From positions 83,196 through 147,195 of IMG/VR virus record IMGVR_UViG_638275431_000001: 64,000 nucleotides of DNA; one strand, written 5' to 3'. Below the pieces are notes generated by a model. It did not search any database, was not told the DNA's origin, and worked only from the letters and a program-made list of their open reading frames with translations. Below are positions 1-12,505 of this stretch, one piece after another. Position numbers and translations under genes: made by a program. How positions within the stretch are numbered: the first letter of the stretch is position 1; each line of letters opens with the position of its first letter. The stretch comes from a virus (lineage: Duplodnaviria > Heunggongvirae > Uroviricota > Caudoviricetes > Straboviridae).

Positions 1-2
1 GT

Positions 3-1106
3 GATACCGTAACAATTGTCACCTACATGGACGGAATCGCTTCTTATCGGAGTTCATATAACCTTAAGAATATTCAGATTTTTGATGCATCAACAACACA
101 GAAAACGTCATCGCCTGGTGAAATTTGGGTTGGAGATATTTTGGCAAAAACTGATTTCACTATTGACGAATTCGATATTCAGCCAAACAACAGAATAAAT
201 CCAAATTCGCTTGAAGTTCTTCTAAATGGGACGATGCTTAATCGAGCAGGGGCGGGCGATTTGCCGATGTTCATCTGTGAGAATGCAATTGGCGATACTC
301 AGCAAATGTGTTGGGATAATGGTGGCAACTGGATTCCGTCATCTATTGATTATTCTATCGTATTGGATGACGACGGTAATATTACCGATATTAAGTTCGG
401 AAGAACGTTTGAATCTGGCGATATGATCACCCTCAGATGGTTCAATAATGACATTGGTACTCTGTTGGATTGGGAAGGAACAAACGGCATTAAAGAAAAA
501 GCTGATTTGATTTATCTCAATACCGAACAAGAAATATCAATCCAAAACCAGATCGAATATACCGACTTCGACAATCCTAGTCAAAGCACGGCTCAAGTTA
601 TTCCCGGAATTTTCAATGGGAGAATCGAAAATATTCAGCAAATGTTTGATATTTTCTATCCGATCGGAACGATATACGAGAATGCTAATAACTCCGCTAA
701 TCCGCGTGATTACATGGGATTTGGTGTATGGAAAAGATATGCCGAAGGTCGTTTGGTTGCAGGATGGACGTCAAATCAAGCAGATGTTGAATTTGGTTTA
801 AACAATAATGATCTTGACAATCTCGGTAATCCCAGTCATACTGCAGGCGGAACATATGGTTCAAAATCTGTTGAATTAATTCCTCAGAATATACCCGAGC
901 TTGTTTCAGTTGATAAAGTTTTGGTAGCAAATGATGGTGGGAATATTATTATCGGCGGCTGTCAGGTCGACCCTGATGCATCTGGTCCTGGCTATACAAA
1001 ATACGTAGAATCAGTTCTTGCTGTAAATAAAGGAAATACATCGCCAGGAAACATTAATATTCTTCCTCCGATAATTACAGCATACAAATGGGTAAGGGTG
1101 GGATAA
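3..1106 (+). CDS. gp10: Baseplate wedge protein gp10 (5'-partial)
   Basis: Frame is open from the window edge. C-terminal IYPIGTIYENANNSANPRDYMGFGVW...AYKWVRVG is typical of gp10, and the gene precedes gp11/gp12. Confidence 0.9.
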   Translation, partial: DTVTIVTYMDGIASYRSSYNLKNIQIFDASTTQKTSSPGEIWVGDILAKTDFTIDEFDIQPNNRINPNSLEVLLNGTMLNRAGAGDLPMFICENAIGDTQQMCWDNGGNWIPSSIDYSIVLDDDGNITDIKFGRTFESGDMITLRWFNNDIGTLLDWEGTNGIKEKADLIYLNTEQEISIQNQIEYTDFDNPSQSTAQVIPGIFNGRIENIQQMFDIFYPIGTIYENANNSANPRDYMGFGVWKRYAEGRLVAGWTSNQADVEFGLNNNDLDNLGNPSHTAGGTYGSKSVELIPQNIPELVSVDKVLVANDGGNIIIGGCQVDPDASGPGYTKYVESVLAVNKGNTSPGNINILPPIITAYKWVRVG

Positions 1107-1768
1107 TGATTTCGAAAACATCAGAGAGTGCACACAACATCTTTAGAAAAGCAACTCATATCGAGTATCTGACTAAACCGGGCACCCAAGTAATGAGTGC
1201 CCGAAATATAGGTGGGCCGACGGTAGACTCATTTATCAGCGGTGTGAACTATCCAAACGTGCAATCAGCTATCGACGAACTCCAAACATTGACAATGTTG
1301 CCTATTAACGCGATATATGCTTCAGATGTTCAAGTTTCCCCAGAAGGTGTTCGTCAAGCCGAGATGCTTACATTTAGCGGAAGTGTTCTTCCTTCTGAAT
1401 TTAATAAATCAGTCATTACAGTTTATGGTATACCTTTCATTGTTGCCGCCGGAACTAATGCCGGCGCAGTATGTGACATAGTTTTGACAAAATTTGAAGA
1501 AATGCGAGATGCTGGCATTTTATTTTATTCTGTTCAAAGACAATCCGGCACAACAACTCCCATCATAGAAGTGCAATTCATTGATTCGGCTGAGCATGGG
1601 AATATTGAAAGTTTTAGCAGTTGGGGAATTGTTGTTCAACGTGAAATTACTGTTCCCGGAAAGCCTGGATATGGTAATTGGGAATATATGGGTAAAGAGT
1701 CAAAAACTCTTACTGGTGGATCAGTAACCGGTCCATTTGAGCTTTACTACTTCAAGAGGATTGGTTAA
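1106..1768 (+). CDS. gp11: Baseplate wedge subunit / tail pin gp11
   Basis: TAATG overlap with the gp10 stop, ~220 aa, C-terminal GYGNWEYMG...LYYFKRIG, synteny. Confidence 0.88.
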   Translation: MISKTSESAHNIFRKATHIEYLTKPGTQVMSARNIGGPTVDSFISGVNYPNVQSAIDELQTLTMLPINAIYASDVQVSPEGVRQAEMLTFSGSVLPSEFNKSVITVYGIPFIVAAGTNAGAVCDIVLTKFEEMRDAGILFYSVQRQSGTTTPIIEVQFIDSAEHGNIESFSSWGIVVQREITVPGKPGYGNWEYMGKESKTLTGGSVTGPFELYYFKRIG

Positions 1769-3165
1769 TGAATAACAATATCAAATATCATATTTCGGAT
1801 TCAGCAGATTCGGTATTTTTCTCTGGGCCAGATTGGCCCAGTTCAGTTGAAACCGTATCAGATGCATTGAATGAAATAGCGCCATGGGCATTAACTGTTA
1901 ATGGTCTGCCGATAGCAACTGAGGTTGTACCCGGCATCATTCGAATTGCTACTGAAGCTGAAGCATCAGCCGGCACGAGTAACAATACTGTTATCACCCC
2001 AAATCTTTTGCGAATTGCGATGCAGACGCCTCAGGCTACCGAGTCCATCGTTGGTAATACTCGTTACGCGACAAGTGCCGAAGCTTTGGCCTTATCTATT
2101 GACACCGCTGCAATAACACCTTCGAAACTGGGGCATGTCATTGCAAATAAAGGTTCTACCGAAGCGGCAAGAGGAACAATCCGTATATCGACCGCTGCCC
2201 AAGCGTTGTCTGGCACCGACGATACCACTGCTATGACTCCTCTTAAGACCAAGCAGGCTATTGCACATTTCTCAGAATCATGGGGAACTGCAACAGAAAG
2301 CTCAGACGGAGTTGTCCGTTTGGCCACATTGGCTCAAGCTTTAGCAGGAGTTCTTAGAGATGGCTATGCTGTTAGTCCATATACTTTATCAAGAATGGCA
2401 GGGACGGAAAGCTCAGCTGGATTGCTTAAAGTAGCAACAAATTCGCAAACATTAGCGTTAGCTGATAACACTGTCGTTATTACTCCAGCTAAACTTTCCA
2501 TATTGAATGCTACTAGCACTCAAAAAGGATTAGTTCGCCTTCTTAATACTGAAAGCTCACAAGCGAATACGGCTCTTTCTGCTAATGCCCAGGTGTTGTA
2601 TCGCTCGGGTGGCACAATGACTGGTAATATCAATTTCACAGAAAACAATCAAGGAATTTTGTGGAATAGAAATAGTGATTTGGCTGCTATAACATTCAAA
2701 AACGATAGTGATGCTGACACGAATTCGTATTTGCTTTTTGCTGTTGGAGACAATAACAACGAGTATTTTAGATGGACAACTCGCACCAATGGTGTAGATA
2801 CCACAATTGCTACGCTTAGGCCAGGTGGTCATTTATGGCTAGCCGGAAACATCGACATTAACGATATGTATGTTCGTTGCGATACCAGGTTAAAAACTGA
2901 TATTCAGCCTATCAAAGATGCACTCGTAAAAATAGATAGCCTTGACGCTGGGATTTACACAAAACATAAATCTTTGACTGACAATACTGTGATAGGCAAA
3001 GAGGCAGGTATTTTTGCTCAGCAATTGCAAAAAGTTTTACCAGAAGGCGTCAAAACACTTGACGACGGAACTCTTACTGTTTCTCCAATGTCTCTCATCG
3101 CATTACTGATTGAGGCTAATAAAGAGCTTAAATCCAGATTAGAAAAACTCGAGGAAAAAATATGA
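1768..3165 (+). CDS. gp12: Short tail fibre gp12 with a C-terminal peptidase-S74-like intramolecular chaperone domain
   Basis: N-terminal T4 fibre repeats (GIIRIATEAEA, GTIRISTAAQA, GVVRLATLAQA). C-terminal CDTRLKTDIQPI...GIFAQQLQKVLPEGV...LIEANKEL is chaperone-like. Confidence 0.88.
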   Translation: MNNNIKYHISDSADSVFFSGPDWPSSVETVSDALNEIAPWALTVNGLPIATEVVPGIIRIATEAEASAGTSNNTVITPNLLRIAMQTPQATESIVGNTRYATSAEALALSIDTAAITPSKLGHVIANKGSTEAARGTIRISTAAQALSGTDDTTAMTPLKTKQAIAHFSESWGTATESSDGVVRLATLAQALAGVLRDGYAVSPYTLSRMAGTESSAGLLKVATNSQTLALADNTVVITPAKLSILNATSTQKGLVRLLNTESSQANTALSANAQVLYRSGGTMTGNINFTENNQGILWNRNSDLAAITFKNDSDADTNSYLLFAVGDNNNEYFRWTTRTNGVDTTIATLRPGGHLWLAGNIDINDMYVRCDTRLKTDIQPIKDALVKIDSLDAGIYTKHKSLTDNTVIGKEAGIFAQQLQKVLPEGVKTLDDGTLTVSPMSLIALLIEANKELKSRLEKLEEKI

Positions 3166-4922
3166 TAGACAAAATCACGAAAGGAGTTATTCCTTATGTT
3201 GATACTACTCCAGGTGATGGTCAACTTCGAATTGGTTGGATTAAAAACGGAGAGCGGCTTTCGGCCGCTTCCACCCAAACATCTAACGATGGTGTTTACA
3301 ACAGGGCTCCACTTAATATTCAACAGAACGTTGTTCAGTTAGACGAAGACCAAGCCCAGTCATTCTTAAAAATCAATGAGATTGTCGATGCGGTAAATAT
3401 TATCCAAGATAACTTGGGCGTAATCGGTGATAATACGGTAATTGACCAAATCAATGCTAATTCTAATGATATTTTAGCTATCAAGCAAGATATTAGCAAG
3501 GTTGAAACTAATTTAGCAGGTGTTCTTTCTCTTTCAGAATCAACTTCGGAAAAGCTTGGCCATCGATATCTCGAAGACAACACAACTCGAACCGTATATG
3601 GCGATTTGTATTGGATAAAAACCGAATTAGGTGCATATCCAGGCTTCGACACAAACGGTAATTCTGTTCCTTCTTCGACAGGTTCGGGATTAAAGTATCG
3701 GTTTAGTCAAGTAAATCAAACAGTGTCTCTAAACACTCAGCGTATAACCGCGCTTGAAAATTCATGGGCGCAGTCAGATGTAGGTCAATTGACGTCTGAT
3801 TTATATGATTTGAGGATGGAAGTCGGCAATACTAACCTTGGGACAGGAATTCCGATTTACACCAGATTGAACGCTATCGAAAATACTTTAGGCGGTGGTG
3901 ATGATGACGTTGATCAAATCAAGATAAAAATCGATTTTTCCAACCCTGTGTCGATAGCGTCAAGGGTGGCGTTGAATGAAAGTGCAATGAGTTCTCTTGC
4001 GAACACGATGAATACCCCTGTGACGGGTGTGTTATCTCGTCTTGGAGCAGTAGAGCAGAAAATCGGTGATGTTAATACGCAAAATACAATTTTGCACGAC
4101 ATTAATCGAAATACCTCTAATATTGCAACAATTACGCAGATTTTAGGGGCAGACAGTTCCAGTGGAATTCAAGGGGATATTTCAGATCTCAATACTGTTA
4201 TTGGCTCTATCGGAGAACCATCATCTATAAATGGACGACTGTACATTTTACAGACAAATCACAACCAAATGTCTTTGTCGTTGAATGACGTTGTTTCACG
4301 TGTCGGTGATGAAAATTCAGGTCTTGTTTCTGCAAACATTCTGATGTCAACTGACTTGTATGGAAATGCGGCTGGAATTACACAACTTGAAAGAGATGGT
4401 ATCAAGAAAACTGTCAAAGAAAGCAGTGAAACTCTTCAACTTAAGTTAGATAAGCCACTTGCAGTAGGTCGCTGGTATTACGAAAACGGTGTTTGGGTTA
4501 AAGCAACTAACATCATGGTTGCTGTTGAAAAGAAAGATTTTCAAATAACTACAACTGAAACGCCGAGGATTATTCCATTTGTTGATTTTGATCAGACTGT
4601 GGCAAACGGTTGCATATTTGAATCCGGAAAAATCAAATTCACCGATGGCGGTTTAGTTAATGCAAGCATCGAAATTGAAACATCTGGTTTGTTAGAAACA
4701 GATAATCTGGAAATTTCAATAGCTCATACAAGCGGCGGAATTACATCATACACCAATTTGCAAGAATTTACCCTGAGATCAAACGGTAGACTCTATGTGC
4801 GTAACTGGCTGTACAATGTGATTTTGGATGATACTATCGCGATTTATGTTAAAGCACTTGACCCAAGTTCAGCTAAATCGATAACTATCGGAAAAATGTC
4901 TGCTGTTATTGTCCCAGCATAA
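3162..4922 (+). CDS. wac: Fibritin (neck whiskers) with an extra C-terminal domain
   Basis: N-terminus IPYVDTTPGDGQLRIGWIKNGERLSAAST, segmented coiled coil, foldon-like PLAVGRWYYENGVWVKA, position between gp12 and gp13. Confidence 0.88.
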   Translation: MIDKITKGVIPYVDTTPGDGQLRIGWIKNGERLSAASTQTSNDGVYNRAPLNIQQNVVQLDEDQAQSFLKINEIVDAVNIIQDNLGVIGDNTVIDQINANSNDILAIKQDISKVETNLAGVLSLSESTSEKLGHRYLEDNTTRTVYGDLYWIKTELGAYPGFDTNGNSVPSSTGSGLKYRFSQVNQTVSLNTQRITALENSWAQSDVGQLTSDLYDLRMEVGNTNLGTGIPIYTRLNAIENTLGGGDDDVDQIKIKIDFSNPVSIASRVALNESAMSSLANTMNTPVTGVLSRLGAVEQKIGDVNTQNTILHDINRNTSNIATITQILGADSSSGIQGDISDLNTVIGSIGEPSSINGRLYILQTNHNQMSLSLNDVVSRVGDENSGLVSANILMSTDLYGNAAGITQLERDGIKKTVKESSETLQLKLDKPLAVGRWYYENGVWVKATNIMVAVEKKDFQITTTETPRIIPFVDFDQTVANGCIFESGKIKFTDGGLVNASIEIETSGLLETDNLEISIAHTSGGITSYTNLQEFTLRSNGRLYVRNWLYNVILDDTIAIYVKALDPSSAKSITIGKMSAVIVPA

Positions 4923-4926
4923 TCTC

Positions 4927-4950
4927 AAGGCTCCTTCGGGAGCCTTTATT
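4927..4950 (+). terminator. Intrinsic terminator after wac (UUCG tetraloop)
   Basis: aaggctcc-ttcg-ggagcctt followed by tatt. Confidence 0.75.
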
Positions 4951-4957
4951 GTAAATA

Positions 4958-5006
4958 AAAACTTATCCTTTATGGCTTAATAGATATTATAACTAAAAGG
5001 ATAAAA
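4958..5006 (+). repeat. Intergenic 49-bp conserved repeat, copy 1
   Basis: AAAACTTATCCTTTATGGCTTAATAGATATTATAACTAAAAGGATAAAA, identical at 26780-26828 and 57917-57965. Confidence 0.97.
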
Positions 5007-5041
5007 TTTCGAGCTAGCTCGAAAGGCTCCGCCATAATTTG

Positions 5042-5049
5042 CTTAAATA
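5042..5049 (+). promoter_or_regulatory. Late promoter-like box (CTTAAATA) upstream of gp13
   Basis: Variant of T4 TATAAATA, followed by RBS AAGGAG and the ATG at 5067. Confidence 0.55.
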
Positions 5050-5066
5050 TCATAAAGGAGACACTT

Positions 5067-6011
5067 ATGTCATATACCACTAATAACCCGTTAGAATTAA
5101 AGGACGCTATACTTAGACGTCTAGGTGCACCTATCGTGCACGTTGAAGTAACAGAGCAACAAGTATTTGATTGCATATCTAGAGCTCTTGAATTGTACGG
5201 TGAATACCACTACGATGGATTTCACAAAACATATGCAACAGTAGTATTAACCGAAGAACAAGCTAAAACTGGTGTAATTAGTTTTGCAGGTGGCAATGTT
5301 TTTGCAGTTACTCAGGTAATTCGAACCAATATTGGGTCAATTATAACCATGGACGGCACGGCTGTTTATCCGTGGTTTACTGATTTTGTTATGGGTATGA
5401 CTGGAGCTTCAATTGGCGGCCAATGCCGATGGTATGGGCCTAATGCTTTTGGCGCGGATCTCGGATATTTCACTCAATTGATGTCATATCGAGACATGAT
5501 GGGAGATATGTTATCTCCTTTGCCAGATTTCTTTTTCAACAGCACGACTGAAATGATGAGAGTTGCTGGCAAATTGCAGAAAGGAGATTTGCTGGTATTT
5601 GAGGTTTACTGTAAATCATATGCGAATGTTGACTCGATGCTTTCAGGTGTTGACTCGACACTTTCAGGAACTTCCGCTGGGTATGGATTTGCTATGTCAG
5701 ACGATGATAGCGTGCCATCAGTTGCACAAAAATATGCAAATCCTAATATGTCTCACGGTCAAATTTATGCAGGTCAGTCCAATGGCATGTCGAAGGATAA
5801 TTCGTACAACAACCGCTGGGTAAAAGACATGGCGACAGCATTCGTAAAAGAATTGAATGGCCAAGTTTTAGCGAAACACCAGGGCATGCAGCTCCCGGGT
5901 GGTGTAACAATCGATGGAATACGCCTAATTGAAGAAGCTAGAATAGATATCGATAAGCTTAGACAAGAACTCGAATTGCTGGATGGGCCTCCTCCTATTA
6001 TCATGGGGTAA
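5067..6011 (+). CDS. gp13: Neck protein gp13
   Basis: NNPLELKDAILRRLGAPIVHVEVTEQQVFDCISRALELYGEYH; C-terminal KHQGMQLPGGVTIDG. Confidence 0.95.
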   Translation: MSYTTNNPLELKDAILRRLGAPIVHVEVTEQQVFDCISRALELYGEYHYDGFHKTYATVVLTEEQAKTGVISFAGGNVFAVTQVIRTNIGSIITMDGTAVYPWFTDFVMGMTGASIGGQCRWYGPNAFGADLGYFTQLMSYRDMMGDMLSPLPDFFFNSTTEMMRVAGKLQKGDLLVFEVYCKSYANVDSMLSGVDSTLSGTSAGYGFAMSDDDSVPSVAQKYANPNMSHGQIYAGQSNGMSKDNSYNNRWVKDMATAFVKELNGQVLAKHQGMQLPGGVTIDGIRLIEEARIDIDKLRQELELLDGPPPIIMG

Positions 6012-6014
6012 ATT

Positions 6015-6776
6015 ATGATGGATAAGTCACTATTCGCTACTTTAGAAAATAGAAGCGGATATCAACAAACAAATGAGCAAAATATTCTTAACCCGTATGT
6101 CAAATTCAATCGGTATGAGGGCTCTCAGGCCCTCCACGACACTCTAGTTGCAGAATCTATTCAAATGAGAGGCTTGGAATTTTATTATCTCGAAAGAGAA
6201 TATACAAATTTGGACCTTTTATTTGGAGAAGACCCAAATAGCAGATTTGAAAAAGCATGGAAATTTGCGGCATGGCTCAATAGCTTTGAGTCATATGAGG
6301 GACAACAGAGTTTCTTTTCTAAATTCGGTCATCAGCAAAATGATGAAGTCAGAATTTCTATCAACCCAGGCCTTTTCAAATATCAAGTAAACGGAAAAGA
6401 ACCTAAGCTGGGTGATCTGATTTATATGCCAATGGACAACAGTCTGTTTGAGATAACCTGGGTAGAACCGTATACACCATTTTATCAGATGGGAAAAAAT
6501 CCAATCAGAGTAATTGTTGCTCAGAAATTCATATACTCTGGTGAAAAATTGGCTCCTCAGTTCCAGGAAAAACCTGAAATTGAAGATCAGTATAACGGTT
6601 TAGACTTAGAGCCAATATTGAATTTAGACGGTTTTATCGATCAAAAAATCAATGAGTTTGGCGAAAATGTTCAAGCACAAAATGAAGCTAGACCATTTGT
6701 AGAGCCGTTTGATCCAATTAGCACGAACCCGGTGAATAGTTTTAATAGTCCATTTGGGCGGCATGAGGGACAATAA
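6015..6776 (+). CDS. gp14: Neck protein gp14
   Basis: [31 protein letters not shown]; synteny. Confidence 0.95.
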   Translation: MMDKSLFATLENRSGYQQTNEQNILNPYVKFNRYEGSQALHDTLVAESIQMRGLEFYYLEREYTNLDLLFGEDPNSRFEKAWKFAAWLNSFESYEGQQSFFSKFGHQQNDEVRISINPGLFKYQVNGKEPKLGDLIYMPMDNSLFEITWVEPYTPFYQMGKNPIRVIVAQKFIYSGEKLAPQFQEKPEIEDQYNGLDLEPILNLDGFIDQKINEFGENVQAQNEARPFVEPFDPISTNPVNSFNSPFGRHEGQ

Positions 6777-7593
6777 TGTTTGGCAATCATTTTTATAACA
6801 GCTCAATACGTCGATACGTATTGATGCTAATGGAACTTTTTGGTCATATTCAAGTTTCTCGTTTTCGGGATGGCCAGCATTATTTTCAAGATGTTCCTAT
6901 CACATACGCAAGCAAAGAAAAATTTGTAATGTCTATTGACGATATTACGATGCCAACTTCTGAATTCAATATTGCAAAAGTTGAAGCAATTCTTCCTAGA
7001 ATGAATTTGCATTTGATTGATATGCAATATAACCCAATGGTCAAAACTGGAAATACTCAACACAAATGGATAAATAAACCTAATGGGAAAGCATTGGCGC
7101 AATTTAACCCAGTGCCATACACGTTTATGTTTGAACTGGGAATATGGACTCGGCACGAAGATGATGTATTTCAAATAGTTGAACAAATTTTGCCATATTT
7201 TCAGCCGCATTTTTCATGCACAATAACTGAATTGTATGACAATGAAATAATTATTAAAGGACGCGATATCAATATAACTATCACGTCTATAACACCTGAT
7301 GAGCAACTAGATGGCCCCGGCGAACAAAGGCGCCGTATTGAATGGTCAATCATGTTTAGTTTCACTGGTTGGTTATATCCAAACACCAAAAATATTGCAG
7401 GTGAAATTAGAACGATTTATCTTGATTTCTTTGGCAATGAAAGAGAAATAAACAAAGATACTCATTTTGAATCAGTTGATCATCAAGTTGTTCCAAAAAC
7501 GGTGCCAGCTCAAGATTGGGACGGGAGTTCGATAGAAGTATGGACAATTAATACCGATCAGAATACACCGCCTCGACCACAAGGAAATACTCC

Positions 7594-7597
<4 letters not shown>
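6776..7597 (+). CDS. gp15: Tail sheath stabiliser / tail terminator gp15
   Basis: [22 protein letters not shown]...VPITYASKEKF...QIVEQILPYFQPHF. Confidence 0.95.
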
Positions 7598-9878
<2,281 letters not shown>

Positions 9879-9930
9879 ATATAAAGCAATAAATAAACAT
9901 GTGTTAAACTAACTTCCAAGGAACCAAAAT

Positions 9931-11922
9931 ATGGCACTTCTGAGCCCTGGCATTGAAATGAAGGAAACTTCCATCAATTCAACTGTCGTTCGGTCAGCTA
10001 CTGGCCGTGCCGCATTAGTCGGCAAATTCGCATGGGGTCCTGCCTATGAAATTCGTCAAGTAACAAATGAAGTCGAATTGGTTGATATGTTTGGTAGCCC
10101 AGACAATGTCACTGCTCCGTATTTCATGAGTGCTATGAACTTCTTGCAGTATGGTAATGATCTTCGTCTCGTGCGCGTAATTGACATGGAGCAAGCTAAA
10201 AACGCATCTCCACTGTTTAACCAAATCGAAGTAACAATTACTACCGAAGGACAAGGTTATACTGTAGGTGATACAGTTTCTATTAAGCATAACACTACAA
10301 CTGTTACAGAAGAAGGAAAAGTAACTAAAGTTGATGCTGACGGTAAAATTAAGGCTTTGTTTGTTCCTTCATCTGCAGTAATTGCAAAAGCCAAACAACT
10401 GGGAACATACCCTGTCCTCGGAGATAATTGGCGTGCAGAAGTATCAGGCGCGTCCGGTGGTTCTGCTGCAACTCTGACTCTGGGCGGTATTGTAGTTGAT
10501 TCTGGAGTTACCTTTGGTAATTCAGAAGAAGCTCCAGATGTTATGACTTCTACCAAAGTGCTGGCTAATTTTGCCAAATATGGAATGCCTCTGATTTCAG
10601 CAGTCTATCCTGGGGAAATCGGCTCAACTGTCGAAGTTGAAGTAATTTCTAAGACCGCATTCCAAAGTGGTGCAGCCCAACCAATTTACCCGTTCGGTGG
10701 TACTCGCGCAAGCAATGCTCGAAGCGTCATTCAATATGGTCCAATGACCGATGACCAATTTGCGATTATTGTTCGTCGAGATGGTATTGTAGTCGAATCT
10801 ACCGTGCTGTCCACTCGTCGTGGAGATCGAGATGTTTATGGAAATAACATTTTCATGGACGACTATTTCCGCAATGGTTCCAGTAATTTCATTTATGCTT
10901 CTAGTGTAAATTGGCCTGCTGGCTTTACCGGTATCATCCAGCTCGGTGGTGGAGCTTCGGCAAACAATGCTGTTGGTTCAGATGAATTGATTGCTGGTTG
11001 GGATCTGTTTGCTGACCGAGAAGCTCTGCATGTCAACCTGATGATCGCAGGAGCATGTAAATCTGACGGTGTTGCTGTTGCATCTACTGTTCAGAAACAT
11101 GTCGTTGCTCTCGCTGATGACCGCCAAGACTGCGTAGCATTCGTCAATCCTCCGTCAGAATTACTCGTCGGTGTTCCTACCACTCAAGCGGTTAAGAATA
11201 TTGTCGAATGGCGAAATGGTGTGACAACCGGTGGTGAAGTTGTCGACAATAACATGAATATTAGCTCAACATATGCTTTTATTTCAGGCAACTATAAATA
11301 TCAGTATGACAAATACAATGATATTAACCGGTGGGTTCCTCTTTCTGCCGATATTGCCGGATTGTGTGCCTACACCGATCAAGTAGGACATCCATGGATG
11401 TCTCCTGCTGGATATCGTCGCGGCCAACTTCGCAACACCATCAAACTGGCAATTGAACCTAAGCAATCGCTGCGCGATACCATGTATCAAGTGTCAATTA
11501 ACCCGGTTACAGGTTTTGCTGGTGGTGACGGATTTGTTCTCTTTGGAGACAAAATGGCAACTCAGGTTCCATCTCCATTTGACCGAATTAACGTTCGTCG
11601 CCTCTTCAACATGTTGAAGAAAAATATTGGTGATACTTCTAAATACGAATTGTTTGAAAATAACGATGCATTTACTCGCCAGAGTTTCCGTATGGAAGTT
11701 TCGCAATATCTCGACAACATCAGGTCACTGGGTGGTGTTTATGACTTCCGCGTTGTCTGTGATACAACAAACAACACTCCGCAAGTTATCGACAGTAATG
11801 AATTTGTAGCTACGATTTATATCAAGGCTCCTCGTTCAATTAACTACATCACTCTGAACTTTGTAGCGACATCAACTGGTGCTAACTTTGACGAGTTAAT
11901 TGGTCCTGCCCAATTAGCATAA
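9931..11922 (+). CDS. gp18: Tail sheath protein gp18
   Basis: MALLSPGIEMKETS...GKFAWGP; C-terminal FDRINVRRLF...RSINYITLNFVAT. Confidence 0.97.
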   Translation: MALLSPGIEMKETSINSTVVRSATGRAALVGKFAWGPAYEIRQVTNEVELVDMFGSPDNVTAPYFMSAMNFLQYGNDLRLVRVIDMEQAKNASPLFNQIEVTITTEGQGYTVGDTVSIKHNTTTVTEEGKVTKVDADGKIKALFVPSSAVIAKAKQLGTYPVLGDNWRAEVSGASGGSAATLTLGGIVVDSGVTFGNSEEAPDVMTSTKVLANFAKYGMPLISAVYPGEIGSTVEVEVISKTAFQSGAAQPIYPFGGTRASNARSVIQYGPMTDDQFAIIVRRDGIVVESTVLSTRRGDRDVYGNNIFMDDYFRNGSSNFIYASSVNWPAGFTGIIQLGGGASANNAVGSDELIAGWDLFADREALHVNLMIAGACKSDGVAVASTVQKHVVALADDRQDCVAFVNPPSELLVGVPTTQAVKNIVEWRNGVTTGGEVVDNNMNISSTYAFISGNYKYQYDKYNDINRWVPLSADIAGLCAYTDQVGHPWMSPAGYRRGQLRNTIKLAIEPKQSLRDTMYQVSINPVTGFAGGDGFVLFGDKMATQVPSPFDRINVRRLFNMLKKNIGDTSKYELFENNDAFTRQSFRMEVSQYLDNIRSLGGVYDFRVVCDTTNNTPQVIDSNEFVATIYIKAPRSINYITLNFVATSTGANFDELIGPAQLA

Positions 11923-11972
11923 TTCAGCGTTGGGCCCAAATATGGGCCCATAAATAAACATAGAGGTTGATA

Positions 11973-12464
11973 ATGGACGTAACTGATGTCCTCAGGGCTT
12001 TTGAGTCCGGTGATTTCGCCCGCCCTAACTTGTTTGAAATTGAAATCCCATATCTGGGCCAAAATTTCAAATTTAAAGCTAAAGCAGGTACAATGCCGGC
12101 AGCCACTGTTGAAAAAATCCCGGTTGGATACATGAACCGCAAACTTAATGTGGCAGGTGACCGTATTTTTGACGACTGGACGATTACGATTTATACCGAT
12201 TCGGCCCCCATAACACTCGACAGGCAATTGTCGGATTGGAATGCCATGACTCATGGAATGGGTAATGAAATCACTGGCGATATTCCAGAAGCATATAAAA
12301 AGCCTGGCATTGTTCGCCAAAAAGATCGTAATGGAAATACAACTAAAGAATATACCATTGTCGGTCTTTTCCCGACTAACGTTGGTGAAGTTACTCTCGA
12401 CTGGGATGATAACAACACAGTTTCAACATTTGAAACTACGTTTGCACTCGACTGGTGGGAATAA
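11973..12464 (+). CDS. gp19: Tail tube protein gp19
   Basis: RAFESGDFARPNLFEIEIP; C-terminal FETTFALDWWE. Preceded by CATAAATA (11949-11956). Apparent compensated frameshift at ~12205-12234. Confidence 0.97.
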   Translation: MDVTDVLRAFESGDFARPNLFEIEIPYLGQNFKFKAKAGTMPAATVEKIPVGYMNRKLNVAGDRIFDDWTITIYTDSAPITLDRQLSDWNAMTHGMGNEITGDIPEAYKKPGIVRQKDRNGNTTKEYTIVGLFPTNVGEVTLDWDDNNTVSTFETTFALDWWE

Positions 12465-12505
12465 TAAATACAGGCAGCAGTAATGCTGCCTGATTAGGAG
12501 TTTGT

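Noticed and set aside
4971-4993. Repeat core read as a MotA-box middle promoter (TGGCTTA...TATAAC), or as a minus-strand TATAAT promoter
   Set aside because: Spacing from the MotA-like box to -10 is about 7-8 bp rather than 11-13. The minus-strand TATAAT has no conserved -35 or MotA element. Not excluded, but not supportable.
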